From: a virus
Reading direction: 5' to 3' (one strand)
IMG/VR virus record: IMGVR_UViG_3300042301_003793
Length of the DNA: 64,000 nt
In this document: positions 39,364 to 48,864 of the stretch, piece by piece
Layout: every line of letters begins with the position of its first letter
Numbering within the stretch: position 1 is the stretch's first letter
The notes under the pieces: generated by a model
What the model was told of the DNA's origin: nothing
Database searches by the model: none
What the model saw: only the letters and a program-made list of their open reading frames with translations
Program-made: the position numbers and the translations under genes

Positions 39364-40044
39364 TTAAATATAATCAATCATTTTATAATAATCATCATTA
39401 AAACATGGATTTAATGTAATATTTCCAACATTATTTTTAGTTATTTTATCTGTCCATTTAAATATTTCCTCATTTGATATGTTACCCATTCCAGAAACGT
39501 GATACGTTCCCATACCCCACCTATAAATCATAGTTTTTACAGTTTCGTCTTCAAATATTTTTGCGTTAAAACCAAGGGTTATATCATAATCTTCACCCCA
39601 ACTTTTATCACCAAATTGTATTCTTTCAATATATTTTTTAGTGTAGATATTTCCACTATTTAAGTTACTTTCTATACTTATAAAATTATTATTTTCAAAA
39701 TAATAAAAAGATTTTGGTCGGTATATTTCATATCCAGGATTATTTATAATCATTTCTTTTGACTGTTTCAACCCTTTTGGTACTAAAAGATCGTCGTCGT
39801 CAAGTCTATATATAAAATCAAAAGAACAATTTTTAAAACCCCATTCTAATTTTTTAGAGATGCTTGAAAATCTTTTGTCCAAATTAAAAATTTTAACCTG
39901 TGGGTGTGAAAAGTTGTAGAATGTACCTGGGCTATCGTTTACAACAATCATTTCAGAATCTGGTTCGTTCTGTAATAAAAACGAATGAATTGCTTCTTCT
40001 AAAATATGGTGTCTTTGATAAGTTAATGTTAATACTGAAATCAT
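39364..40044 (-). CDS. Family 2 glycosyltransferase
   Basis: ISVLTLTYQR..LEEAIHSFLLQ, EMIVVND, RLDDDD, WGED. Confidence 0.8.
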   Translation of the reverse strand: MISVLTLTYQRHHILEEAIHSFLLQNEPDSEMIVVNDSPGTFYNFSHPQVKIFNLDKRFSSISKKLEWGFKNCSFDFIYRLDDDDLLVPKGLKQSKEMIINNPGYEIYRPKSFYYFENNNFISIESNLNSGNIYTKKYIERIQFGDKSWGEDYDITLGFNAKIFEDETVKTMIYRWGMGTYHVSGMGNISNEEIFKWTDKITKNNVGNITLNPCFNDDYYKMIDYI

Positions 40045-40056
40045 AAAATAAGATAA

Positions 40057-40089
40057 AACTTGGACATCTTTTAGTTAAATGTCCAAGTT
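40057..40089 (-). terminator. Hairpin/terminator between SSB and GT2
   Basis: 11-bp stem aacttggacat / atgtccaagtt with an 11-nt loop, followed on the minus strand by T-rich sequence. Confidence 0.55.
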
Positions 40090-40097
40090 AATTAATA

Positions 40098-40964
40098 TTA
40101 GAACGGTAATTCTTCGTCGATATCGTCATCTTCCTGTGGGTCAACAACCTTTTTTTCTTCTTTTACTTTCTTGCCACCCATAGAAACTTCACTTTCTTCA
40201 TTGTTAGAATAAATGTATTTTCCAGTATCTGAGTCCCATCTTGGTGTTTCACCACGAGCGATTGATTCAAGGTATTCAGCAGGTTTTTTAGAATAAACAT
40301 CCTCCCAAGTAAGTTCATCTTCAATCCATTCTTTCATTGTATCTTCATCTTCGTGTACTTGAGATGGATCATCATACATAACTGTTTGGATTACAGTATA
40401 GAACGCACCTTTTGGTGTTTTTGCTTTTGTTAATTCTAAAATAAGGTCTCTACCTTTTTCACCATCAGCTACATCACCTTTTGCTTTGTAGATTGGAATG
40501 ATTTTATCAAAAATTCCTTCTTGTTTGTAATTGTGTTTGAATCTCCAGAATTTAGGACCATCTTGTTCGTTATCACGGTCAATAACTTTAACAATATAAA
40601 ACTTACGTGGTTTGTATTGTTTTGCTAATTCTTTGTCTGATTCTTTACCAGTAGACATAAGGACATCGTAAACTTCACTTAAAGGTGAGCGTTCGTTGTC
40701 GTTTTTTCCTGGATCATAGAATTTTTGCCATTTACCATCAACATTGATTTCGTGAAACCAAACTTCTTTGAATGGTGAAGAACCGTCCGGTGTAGGTAAG
40801 ATACGGATTCTTTTTTGTGCTTGCTTTTCATTGTCTTTAAGTATTGCAGCAAAATACTTTTTCATTCTTTCTTCTTGAGACATTTTTGAAGTGGAAGAAG
40901 AACCACTTTGTTTTGAGCTTTCATACTGAGCCAAAACTGCATCTAAAACATTGTTTGTCGCCAT
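40098..40964 (-). CDS. Single-stranded DNA-binding protein (T4 gp32-like)
   Basis: RIRILP..PFKEVWFH, FYIVKVIDR, GRDL, acidic tail DDDIDEELPF. Confidence 0.8.
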   Translation of the reverse strand: MATNNVLDAVLAQYESSKQSGSSSTSKMSQEERMKKYFAAILKDNEKQAQKRIRILPTPDGSSPFKEVWFHEINVDGKWQKFYDPGKNDNERSPLSEVYDVLMSTGKESDKELAKQYKPRKFYIVKVIDRDNEQDGPKFWRFKHNYKQEGIFDKIIPIYKAKGDVADGEKGRDLILELTKAKTPKGAFYTVIQTVMYDDPSQVHEDEDTMKEWIEDELTWEDVYSKKPAEYLESIARGETPRWDSDTGKYIYSNNEESEVSMGGKKVKEEKKVVDPQEDDDIDEELPF

Positions 40965-40995
40965 ATATATTATTTATTAAAAGTTTACAATAGAA

Positions 40996-41024
40996 ATTAT
41001 AGTTAAAATTTGTGTCGCAGTCAA
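40996..41024 (-). promoter_or_regulatory. Host-type promoter for SSB operon (TTGACT-N17-TATAAT)
   Basis: TTGACT at 41024-41019, exactly 17 nt, TATAAT at 41001-40996. Confidence 0.7.
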
Positions 41025-41029
41025 CAAGA

Positions 41030-41062
41030 AATTTTAAGGTCGTCTTGTGCGACCTTAAAATT
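41030..41062 (-). terminator. Hairpin terminator separating the structural unit from the SSB promoter
   Basis: Perfect 13-bp stem aattttaaggtcg / cgaccttaaaatt with a 7-nt loop, overlapping the stop of 41061..41744. Confidence 0.65.
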
Positions 41063-41744
41063 ATCTCATCATATTGTTTTCATCTTCATCTTCGTAGTCA
41101 TTAAAAGAGGTTTTTACTTCTTCTGGTGAATACTCTTCAACATCATCAGATGTTAATACATATTCATTTTTACCAGATTGTTTCATTTCTTCTTGTTTAT
41201 CAACAAAGAAATCAGATAGTTTTTGTTTAAATGGTCCAGAATCTAAACTTCTTAATTCAAGTTTTTCTTCTGGTGTTTTTGGTCTAAATTGGTCAAACTT
41301 AGTTTCAAGCGAATTAATTTTATTAACAAGTTGGTCCATTTCACCAAGTTTTGATTCTAGGTTTGAAAGTTGTGAAAAAAGATTATTAAAATATTCTTCT
41401 TGTTTATCTGACATTGTTTTTTGTGTATCAACAAGATCTGTAATATCAATTTCTTCTTCTCCACCTTCTTCATCAGCACCAATTTCTTCTACGTCAGCAT
41501 CAGCTTCAACATCAACTGGTTCACCTTCTGTTGGTGGCGCTGGTGCACCCGGTACAGCTCCTGCCGGTGGTGGTGCTCCTCCTGCCGGTGGTGGTGTTTC
41601 TCCACCTATTGGTGCTTCACCTCCTGGGGGTGGTGGTGCTCCTAATTCGTCTCCTGGAGGAGGGGGTGGAACTTGCTCCATAATGTATTTGTTGATACTA
41701 TTGTATCTTGCAATTTCTTCTAGAATTTTTTGGTCTACACTCAT
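41061..41744 (-). CDS. Pro-rich, acidic, coiled-coil protein (scaffold/internal head protein-like)
   Basis: IMEQ followed by a poly-Pro/Gly/Ala region, an acidic region and a heptad-rich segment. Confidence 0.55.
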   Translation of the reverse strand: MSVDQKILEEIARYNSINKYIMEQVPPPPPGDELGAPPPPGGEAPIGGETPPPAGGAPPPAGAVPGAPAPPTEGEPVDVEADADVEEIGADEEGGEEEIDITDLVDTQKTMSDKQEEYFNNLFSQLSNLESKLGEMDQLVNKINSLETKFDQFRPKTPEEKLELRSLDSGPFKQKLSDFFVDKQEEMKQSGKNEYVLTSDDVEEYSPEEVKTSFNDYEDEDENNMMR

Positions 41745-41745
41745 C

Positions 41746-41970
41746 TTATCCGTTTAATAATGTTTTTATTCCAGATTTTGTTTCAACCTGAATTTTTTTA
41801 AATTGTTTCATTGTGTTATCAACTCTTTCAATTAGACCATCTTTCATTCTAACTGTATAACAATCACCAGTATCTAAATCACATACTTCTTTAAATCCAT
41901 TACCAGCGTCTTTTTCTGACATTCTTGTGTTCTTACCTAAGTAATTATCCAATATTAGTTTTGTGTTCAT
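41746..41970 (-). CDS. Small hypothetical protein
   Basis: 74 aa, TATTTAT upstream (41992-41986), contains VCDLDTGDC. Confidence 0.55.
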   Translation of the reverse strand: MNTKLILDNYLGKNTRMSEKDAGNGFKEVCDLDTGDCYTVRMKDGLIERVDNTMKQFKKIQVETKSGIKTLLNG

Positions 41971-42013
41971 ATTTTTTATTTATTTATAAATATCTTACTT
42001 TATAAAAAAGTTA

Positions 42014-45000
42014 TTATGGTTTAGGAACATTGTTTAAAACAAAGTTAATTGGGTTTGAAACAATTTTTATATATTCTGTTTTAATTTGTTCAGATAATGA
42101 AGTCCAAACATTTTTTTCTGTTGGGAAATTATTAACAATGAATTCTGAAATACTAACAACATATAATTGTATTTTTATTGGTGAATTTGGCACTATACTT
42201 GGTATTTGTGATGCCGATATTTTTTCAGCATATTTTTCACCTAAAAATTTAATATGTGATTCAAAACTTGAAAATGTTGCATATGACAATTGTTCATTAA
42301 AACCTGATAAACAAAAATAATTATTGTTAAAATATTTTGACGCCAAACTACCATAGTTCGCATTTAGTGGTATCAAAGCAAAATTATTATTGTAGCTTGA
42401 GAGACTTTCACCGTTTTTACTAGCAAAATAAATCAAAGAGAATAAAGTGTTAATTACAGCACTTATTTCTTGTGGTGGTTTATTTTGTGAGCTTTGATTA
42501 ACAATTTGTGTAATTTTATTGTAAGCTTCAGCAATTGTAATTGTTGTTTTTACTGGTGTTGTTGTTGTATAATTTACATACGCACTATTTAACGTACTTG
42601 AACAATTTTGTATTTCGGCTGGTTTGAATATATTTCCTTCTTGTACTTTATTAGTTGCGTCAGAAGTTTCTTTTATTACATTGTTTGTTTCAGTTGTTTT
42701 TTTAACTTCTTCTTCTTCTTTAATTCTTTCTTTGATTGTTGTAAGAATATTTGTACTTAATGATTGTAATAACGAGTCAATTGCTGGAATACTATAAAAA
42801 GGTTGTCTTTGACCTTCAATTGAAGTATCGAAACCATTTTCACTAATTCTGTGACTTACATTTGTAATCATATATGGACCACTAAACATTGGAATGTGTC
42901 TAAGATTGAAGTACATCGTTGGTTGTATAAGTGCACATCCCAACATATCAATAGAACATTTATAACTTCTATTTCTATATATGTTATATAACGAAACACT
43001 CTGTGACGCACTTGTTCTATTTCTTGATTGGTTTGCCATTTGGTTCAACATTTCAAGTGATTCTGCGGTTGGTTTTCCAACGTCTTGACCAATATCTATT
43101 TGTTTAAATATTTGTTGATTTTGTGGTCCAAAATCAACATTGAACCCGACCACTTTATTTGATTTATCCCAATTTGTTTTACCTTCTTGATTTTCTATTA
43201 AGGGATTATCACTAGCTCTTCTCATATCAAAAGCATCGTCTCTAAATCTATAATCAGCATTTTCATTCATAGCCAAATGTTGACTAGTAGCATGTGCGTA
43301 CATTGCAACTATTTTTGATCCAGTTTCACGATAGTCAACTGTTGTGTGTGTTCCAAATAAAGTTTTAGCAAACTCTAAAGTACCTTCTGGTCTTGGATTT
43401 GGGTTTTTAGAAACGTCTTGTACATTATAGAAATTAGCATATGCTGGTAAAATCCAGTATGTAAATCTATTATCGGAAAATATTGTATTAACAATACCCA
43501 ACATATTATTTGTGTGCATCCATTGACCTATCCTATCTTTAAGTAAGAAAATATCAACAAATATTTTTTGTCCGACATCTCTACTCGCTCTATCAACAAT
43601 TAAAACATCTTCAAATAATGTTTTACTTCTTAAATCAGCGCCTGCAATCCAGGAATCGTTCATACCTTTAAAAGAGTCCCACATTTCATATCTTGATATT
43701 TCACCAAGATATTCTTTAAATTTTACACCAGTTTGATTTTGTTTAATCGAAACACTACCTAGTTTGTTTCTAACCGATGTTAAAGTGTTATCTAAAATTA
43801 GATTCAAATATGTTTCACCATCCCTTATGTAACTGTTCATAAGACCAAAAAACTTATTCATTGTTAAAGTTGGGTCTTTTAATTTTTGTGTTGCATACAA
43901 TTTAATCATTGGTGCGTAAAATTTTACATTACTTTCTGTAAACTCCATATCCATATCAATAAAGAAATCGGTAATGTATGAACCATTATTTGTATATTCT
44001 AATTCTGGTATTTCAGAAAAACCAACATACGTTTCTAAAGCTTTCCAAGTTTCTGGACTTTGTATTTTAGATTGTGCTAATGTAATTGTACCTCCTTGCG
44101 TTGGTAATAAACCAGGAGAATTTTGAACATATCCTGCCCAAGTGTATGGGTCTTGTATAAAATCAGTTGAGAATGTATAAAACATTTTTTTATCAAAATT
44201 AGACGGGTTACCATATTTGAATACGACTTGGTAATCCATAAATGTTTCAATTGTTTTTTGAAAAGATTTTTTTTGGTTTTCTGTTATTTCATTAATTAAC
44301 GCAGTTCCAGTTAATCCTTCTGGATTAATTGTTTTAAACATTGTTCGCATTAATCCGTGGAAATTTTCGTATGTTTCTTCAACAGTGATTTCATCTTCCC
44401 TTGGTTGTAAATTACTTTCAAAATCATAAACAGACTTACTAAACAATAAGAATTGGTTTTCAAATTGGTCTAATATTTCTGGTGTAAATGTTGTAAATAA
44501 TTCACTTATTTTTGAGTATTTTGTTTGGTCTCCAAAAATTCCAAAATTTTGTTGTTCTTCTTCGTTTGTAAAAATTTCTCTTATATATTCGTCTGGTTGT
44601 GGTTTTGCTAATTTTGAATTATCAAAATAACCGTAGTTTGGTGCCTTCCAGAATAATCTTACCGCCCCATTGTGAAGTGCGGGATTATTACTTATATTAA
44701 TTTTCATACTACCATTGTTATTAAAACATTCTTGTTTTGCTTGATTAACATTTGAACCAAAAGATGGTAGGACGTAAATTGATTTTTTATCTGGTGTAAG
44801 AGTATAACAACTCCAAGGAAGACAAATTAATGAACTATTAGGTGAAAGAATCCCAGGTCCTTCATTAATTAAGGCACTAGTTGTTGGGACCATTCTAAAG
44901 TTTTCACTTAATGCGTTTTGTATACTTGAGTTTTGGTAACCAGGTATTGGTTTATTTGTAACAATAAATGGTTGTGCGACTGTTGGTGGTGAAACCACAA

Positions 45001-48000
45001 CACCTTGTACGGGACTTATTATATAAGTTCCAGTACTTCCAGTAGCACCACTTATTTGTTCTATAATTGTTGTACCTGGGGCTAAGGTTGATCCGGATAA
45101 AACTAATCCTGGTTCTAAAGCAATAAAATTTAATGAAACAACCTCCAAGGTATTACCTGTAACATAATACGTTCCTTCAATGTTTGATGTTTGACTAAAT
45201 AATTTTGTTCCTTTAAAGAAAAGGTGAAAATCATCAAGTAATTTAGGATAAAATCCAGTATTAATAATTGTTTTTTGATTTGGTCCTAATGTGTTAACAC
45301 CATCTAATACAATATCGTAATTAGTACCATCAACTTGTAAGTTATATTGTGTTGTTGTTGATGAAAATGCTGGATCATAATTACCAACATAGTCTGTGTT
45401 ATCCCAGATTCCGTCTAAAATATCAACACCATCAAGTTTGAATTTTTTGTATCTGTGCCAAATTCCACCATACTTTAAAACCCAAGCATAAGGTACCTCG
45501 TGTATTGCTCCGAATTTTTTTAATGAAGGAAGTATATAACTATTTGTTATTATAGAACCATCTGAATTATATGTTTTATATTTATCTCTTAATGTCGCTA
45601 GTGGTAAACTATTTAAAAATAGATAAGCCGCGGCCTTATAAGGTGATTTTTCTATTAAACTATATTTAAATTCATATAAACCTTTTTGGATTGCGTTTGC
45701 AAAATATGGTGTATTAAATAATGATGTTGTTTGTTTTGCAACAAGTTTGCCGTCATAATTTTCATAAACAACATTTCCTTCGGTTGTATATTGTTCTTTG
45801 ATTTTTCTTTCTTTATAAAAAGTTTCTAAATTTTGTAAATTAAGTGTTTGGTCAAAAACACTAGTCTTATAATTAAAATTAACAATAGGTAAAAGATTTT
45901 CTTTGTTTTTTACAAGTTTGATAGATTTATTATATTCTAACGTATCACTTGTTTTAAATACATCTACCTTTGATTGGATTGCATTACCATTTGCTAAATG
46001 GTCTTTACACCAATCTAAATCAGTTAATGGGTATAAATCTGTAAAATCATAATCATCATTTATTACAGACCCACCAAAATAATTTATCACTGGTTGTTCA
46101 TTTGTTAAACCAACGTTTGGGAGTGCCTTGTCTTCGTCTAGGATAGAACCTTTATACATAAAAAATGAAACGTCAGTATCATTTTTCAAATATGGTGTAT
46201 TAATAATCCCACGAATAAAGTTTTGCCAACTTTGCCCTTCGCCTTGATTTGAGATGTGTCTTAAAAATCCACCATAGATTGAGGCGTTTATATTATACTC
46301 TTTTAGTTTTTGACTTATGAATGGGTTATCATCACTTATAGCTTTAAGTATGTCTGTTGTTTCTGACTCACCAACATATTGTTGTATATTATTATCTTTA
46401 ATGCTTTTTCGATTAAATTTAGAATAAAAAGAATTTACAAACATTCTTTCATAAATTTCATAGAAGAATTTTACTTCTTCAGTATTTTGGTAAACATCAT
46501 TTCCAATTGTAAATTCTGTGGCATTAAAACTAAATCTATTTGGTCTTTCTAAGAAATTACCAGTCGGTCCGTTATCAAATTTTGGTGGACTAACTTGTGT
46601 ATAACCTCTTAAAAATTCTTCAACAAATTGTACTTCTGGCCAAATTTCTGGATTATACGCGTTAAATTGTAAAGCTAACTCATCATCACCAGGATATGCT
46701 AATTCATATTTTTCTTTACCTTCCTCGACTGAAGATTTTATAATTTGTGGCCAAGGATAAATTGGTGAATCATATTCACCATTTTTATAATCAACACTTT
46801 GTACCGTAAGGCTTGTGTTAAAAACGGCTTTTTTTCTATTTGCGTCATCCCTCAAATCCCAAGCTTTTGTATGAACATCATCCATCATTCGTAAAAAAGC
46901 TTCACCTTGTGCAAAAAATACTGCTAAAATATTTCTAATTGTTGGTTGGAAACCTAATCCATTTGTTGGGTTAGAAAATTCTGCTTGGATTTCTTTGGTT
47001 ATATTTTCTTCAATTTCTTTTTTCTTTATTTCATATTTTTCTTGAATTTTTTTAATCAAGTCTTCATATGATTTTGGTCCTTCAAAATATGTTAAACCAG
47101 GATATTGTCCGACATTTGAGTAATCGGTTAGTTCTTTATTAAGGTCATTTCTATATTTAATATATTCTTCACTGGTTGATAAACCAGAAAAAGTTTGTCC
47201 AATTCTTTTTTTGTATGTTTCAGATATATTAATATCACCAATATTAACATTTTGGAAAAATGTACCTATAGTAATTGGTATTGATATATCTTTACCTATA
47301 GCAGAATTAGATGTTAGTATATTGTTATATTTTTTTATAATACCATCTAAATCTGTGATTGCTTTTGATTTTTGTTGAGCATCACTAAATTCTGGTTTGT
47401 ATTTATAAAGAACTGTTTTTTCTTTGTTGTTTTTTATAAAAACATTTTCATCGTCAAACCATCTTCCTTTCCAAGAATTAATACCAGAATACAAATATAT
47501 TTCACTAGTGTATTCACCTAACTTAATTAAATAATCTTCAACTTTATTTAAAACATCCAAATTTTTCTTTTTGAATTTTTCTTCAATTGTTGTTATTAGT
47601 TTTTCAAGTTTTTCTTTTAATTGTAGTATTGTTATTTCCGGAAAATTATCATCGATTAACCCTTTTGATTTATATTCAGAATAAAGTTCTTTCATTTTCT
47701 GAAGACCCAAGCTACTTGTAACTGTTTCTGTTTGTGAATTTCCTCCGCTTGAATTTGTTGTTACTGTTGTTGGTTTTGTTATTGAAAGTTGGTACATAGA
47801 TGGAACCGCATACATAGCGGCCCAACTTACCTGACTCATAATTGTATATTTGTAAGTATAAAACTGACAGTTGATTCTAAAGTTATGTGAAGAAGGATCA
47901 AAAGAACTTGTAAATGAATGTAACATTAATGGAAGCCTTATTGCTTTACCTAAATAACCTTTTATTGTTAAATAGAAAACAGGATAAGGTAATTGAAAAA

Positions 48001-48550
48001 ATGCGGCATAAGGTGAGTTGTTTCCGGCTTCAAATAATGCCCGACCTTTAATGTCTTCAAATGTTATACTAATTACTGGTAAAAAATCTAAACCATAATC
48101 AATGTTTATTTGGGTTATACCAAGTAATCCATTATCAACAGCACCTTCAACTCCGTTTGAATATAAACTTTGGTTAATATAATAATCGTCAGACAAGTTT
48201 GGGTTTTGAGTTACCGTGATTCTTGGTTGATTCACACCCTTACCTTCTATTGTACCTTTACCAGTTAATTCGTCAGACCAATTAGTATCTAAAAATTGTT
48301 TAAATCCTGGGTTCAAAAAATTAATCTTTCCAACCGAAACTGTTTTTACAGCTTCATTTGCTGGAACACCAACGGCTAATTTAGTTCTGGGTATTACCGA
48401 ACATTCAAGGTTGGCATACATTACCAAATCTTCCTGTCTAATTAACCTATCTTTAACATTCCCATCGTTATCTATTACTTTGTTTGGGTCTATTACTGAT
48501 ATGTTTTGGTAATCAAATTCAACTAATATGTTTTCTGAGTTATCTTCCAT
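42014..48550 (-). CDS. Large baseplate hub protein (gpD/gp27-like C-terminal region)
   Basis: 2178 aa; CSIDMLGCALIQPTMYFNLRHIPMFSGPYMITNVSHRISENGFDTSIEGQR resembles late-control-D/hub C-termini; expected position downstream of the tube initiator and LysM gene. Confidence 0.6.
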   Translation of the reverse strand: MEDNSENILVEFDYQNISVIDPNKVIDNDGNVKDRLIRQEDLVMYANLECSVIPRTKLAVGVPANEAVKTVSVGKINFLNPGFKQFLDTNWSDELTGKGTIEGKGVNQPRITVTQNPNLSDDYYINQSLYSNGVEGAVDNGLLGITQINIDYGLDFLPVISITFEDIKGRALFEAGNNSPYAAFFQLPYPVFYLTIKGYLGKAIRLPLMLHSFTSSFDPSSHNFRINCQFYTYKYTIMSQVSWAAMYAVPSMYQLSITKPTTVTTNSSGGNSQTETVTSSLGLQKMKELYSEYKSKGLIDDNFPEITILQLKEKLEKLITTIEEKFKKKNLDVLNKVEDYLIKLGEYTSEIYLYSGINSWKGRWFDDENVFIKNNKEKTVLYKYKPEFSDAQQKSKAITDLDGIIKKYNNILTSNSAIGKDISIPITIGTFFQNVNIGDINISETYKKRIGQTFSGLSTSEEYIKYRNDLNKELTDYSNVGQYPGLTYFEGPKSYEDLIKKIQEKYEIKKKEIEENITKEIQAEFSNPTNGLGFQPTIRNILAVFFAQGEAFLRMMDDVHTKAWDLRDDANRKKAVFNTSLTVQSVDYKNGEYDSPIYPWPQIIKSSVEEGKEKYELAYPGDDELALQFNAYNPEIWPEVQFVEEFLRGYTQVSPPKFDNGPTGNFLERPNRFSFNATEFTIGNDVYQNTEEVKFFYEIYERMFVNSFYSKFNRKSIKDNNIQQYVGESETTDILKAISDDNPFISQKLKEYNINASIYGGFLRHISNQGEGQSWQNFIRGIINTPYLKNDTDVSFFMYKGSILDEDKALPNVGLTNEQPVINYFGGSVINDDYDFTDLYPLTDLDWCKDHLANGNAIQSKVDVFKTSDTLEYNKSIKLVKNKENLLPIVNFNYKTSVFDQTLNLQNLETFYKERKIKEQYTTEGNVVYENYDGKLVAKQTTSLFNTPYFANAIQKGLYEFKYSLIEKSPYKAAAYLFLNSLPLATLRDKYKTYNSDGSIITNSYILPSLKKFGAIHEVPYAWVLKYGGIWHRYKKFKLDGVDILDGIWDNTDYVGNYDPAFSSTTTQYNLQVDGTNYDIVLDGVNTLGPNQKTIINTGFYPKLLDDFHLFFKGTKLFSQTSNIEGTYYVTGNTLEVVSLNFIALEPGLVLSGSTLAPGTTIIEQISGATGSTGTYIISPVQGVVVSPPTVAQPFIVTNKPIPGYQNSSIQNALSENFRMVPTTSALINEGPGILSPNSSLICLPWSCYTLTPDKKSIYVLPSFGSNVNQAKQECFNNNGSMKINISNNPALHNGAVRLFWKAPNYGYFDNSKLAKPQPDEYIREIFTNEEEQQNFGIFGDQTKYSKISELFTTFTPEILDQFENQFLLFSKSVYDFESNLQPREDEITVEETYENFHGLMRTMFKTINPEGLTGTALINEITENQKKSFQKTIETFMDYQVVFKYGNPSNFDKKMFYTFSTDFIQDPYTWAGYVQNSPGLLPTQGGTITLAQSKIQSPETWKALETYVGFSEIPELEYTNNGSYITDFFIDMDMEFTESNVKFYAPMIKLYATQKLKDPTLTMNKFFGLMNSYIRDGETYLNLILDNTLTSVRNKLGSVSIKQNQTGVKFKEYLGEISRYEMWDSFKGMNDSWIAGADLRSKTLFEDVLIVDRASRDVGQKIFVDIFLLKDRIGQWMHTNNMLGIVNTIFSDNRFTYWILPAYANFYNVQDVSKNPNPRPEGTLEFAKTLFGTHTTVDYRETGSKIVAMYAHATSQHLAMNENADYRFRDDAFDMRRASDNPLIENQEGKTNWDKSNKVVGFNVDFGPQNQQIFKQIDIGQDVGKPTAESLEMLNQMANQSRNRTSASQSVSLYNIYRNRSYKCSIDMLGCALIQPTMYFNLRHIPMFSGPYMITNVSHRISENGFDTSIEGQRQPFYSIPAIDSLLQSLSTNILTTIKERIKEEEEVKKTTETNNVIKETSDATNKVQEGNIFKPAEIQNCSSTLNSAYVNYTTTTPVKTTITIAEAYNKITQIVNQSSQNKPPQEISAVINTLFSLIYFASKNGESLSSYNNNFALIPLNANYGSLASKYFNNNYFCLSGFNEQLSYATFSSFESHIKFLGEKYAEKISASQIPSIVPNSPIKIQLYVVSISEFIVNNFPTEKNVWTSLSEQIKTEYIKIVSNPINFVLNNVPKP

Positions 48551-48863
48551 AATATAGGAAATGGTTATCTATCGCACTTTTATATTCCTGTACAGAAGTT
48601 AGTAACGGATATGGAATAGTCAATACAGCACCATCTGGTATATTACTTTCCATCCCGGTATATCTTGGGTTTGCTTGCATTATTAACCAACCAAATAGTG
48701 GACTGCCATAATGTTGTTGTGATATTTTATCTAATCTTGATTGTCCAAACCTATATATATGTTTTTTATCAGATGGTTTACTAGCTACATTTACGTATGG
48801 TACAACAGTTTGTTGACCATTTTGTAAAAACATTGCATATCTGTTATAATATTGTTGTGTCAT
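48540..48863 (-). CDS. LysM-like baseplate protein (P2 gpX/T4 gp53-like)
   Basis: RLDKISQQHYGSPLFGWLIMQANP...GAVLTIP. Confidence 0.75.
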   Translation of the reverse strand: MTQQYYNRYAMFLQNGQQTVVPYVNVASKPSDKKHIYRFGQSRLDKISQQHYGSPLFGWLIMQANPRYTGMESNIPDGAVLTIPYPLLTSVQEYKSAIDNHFLYYGR

Positions 48864-48864
48864 A

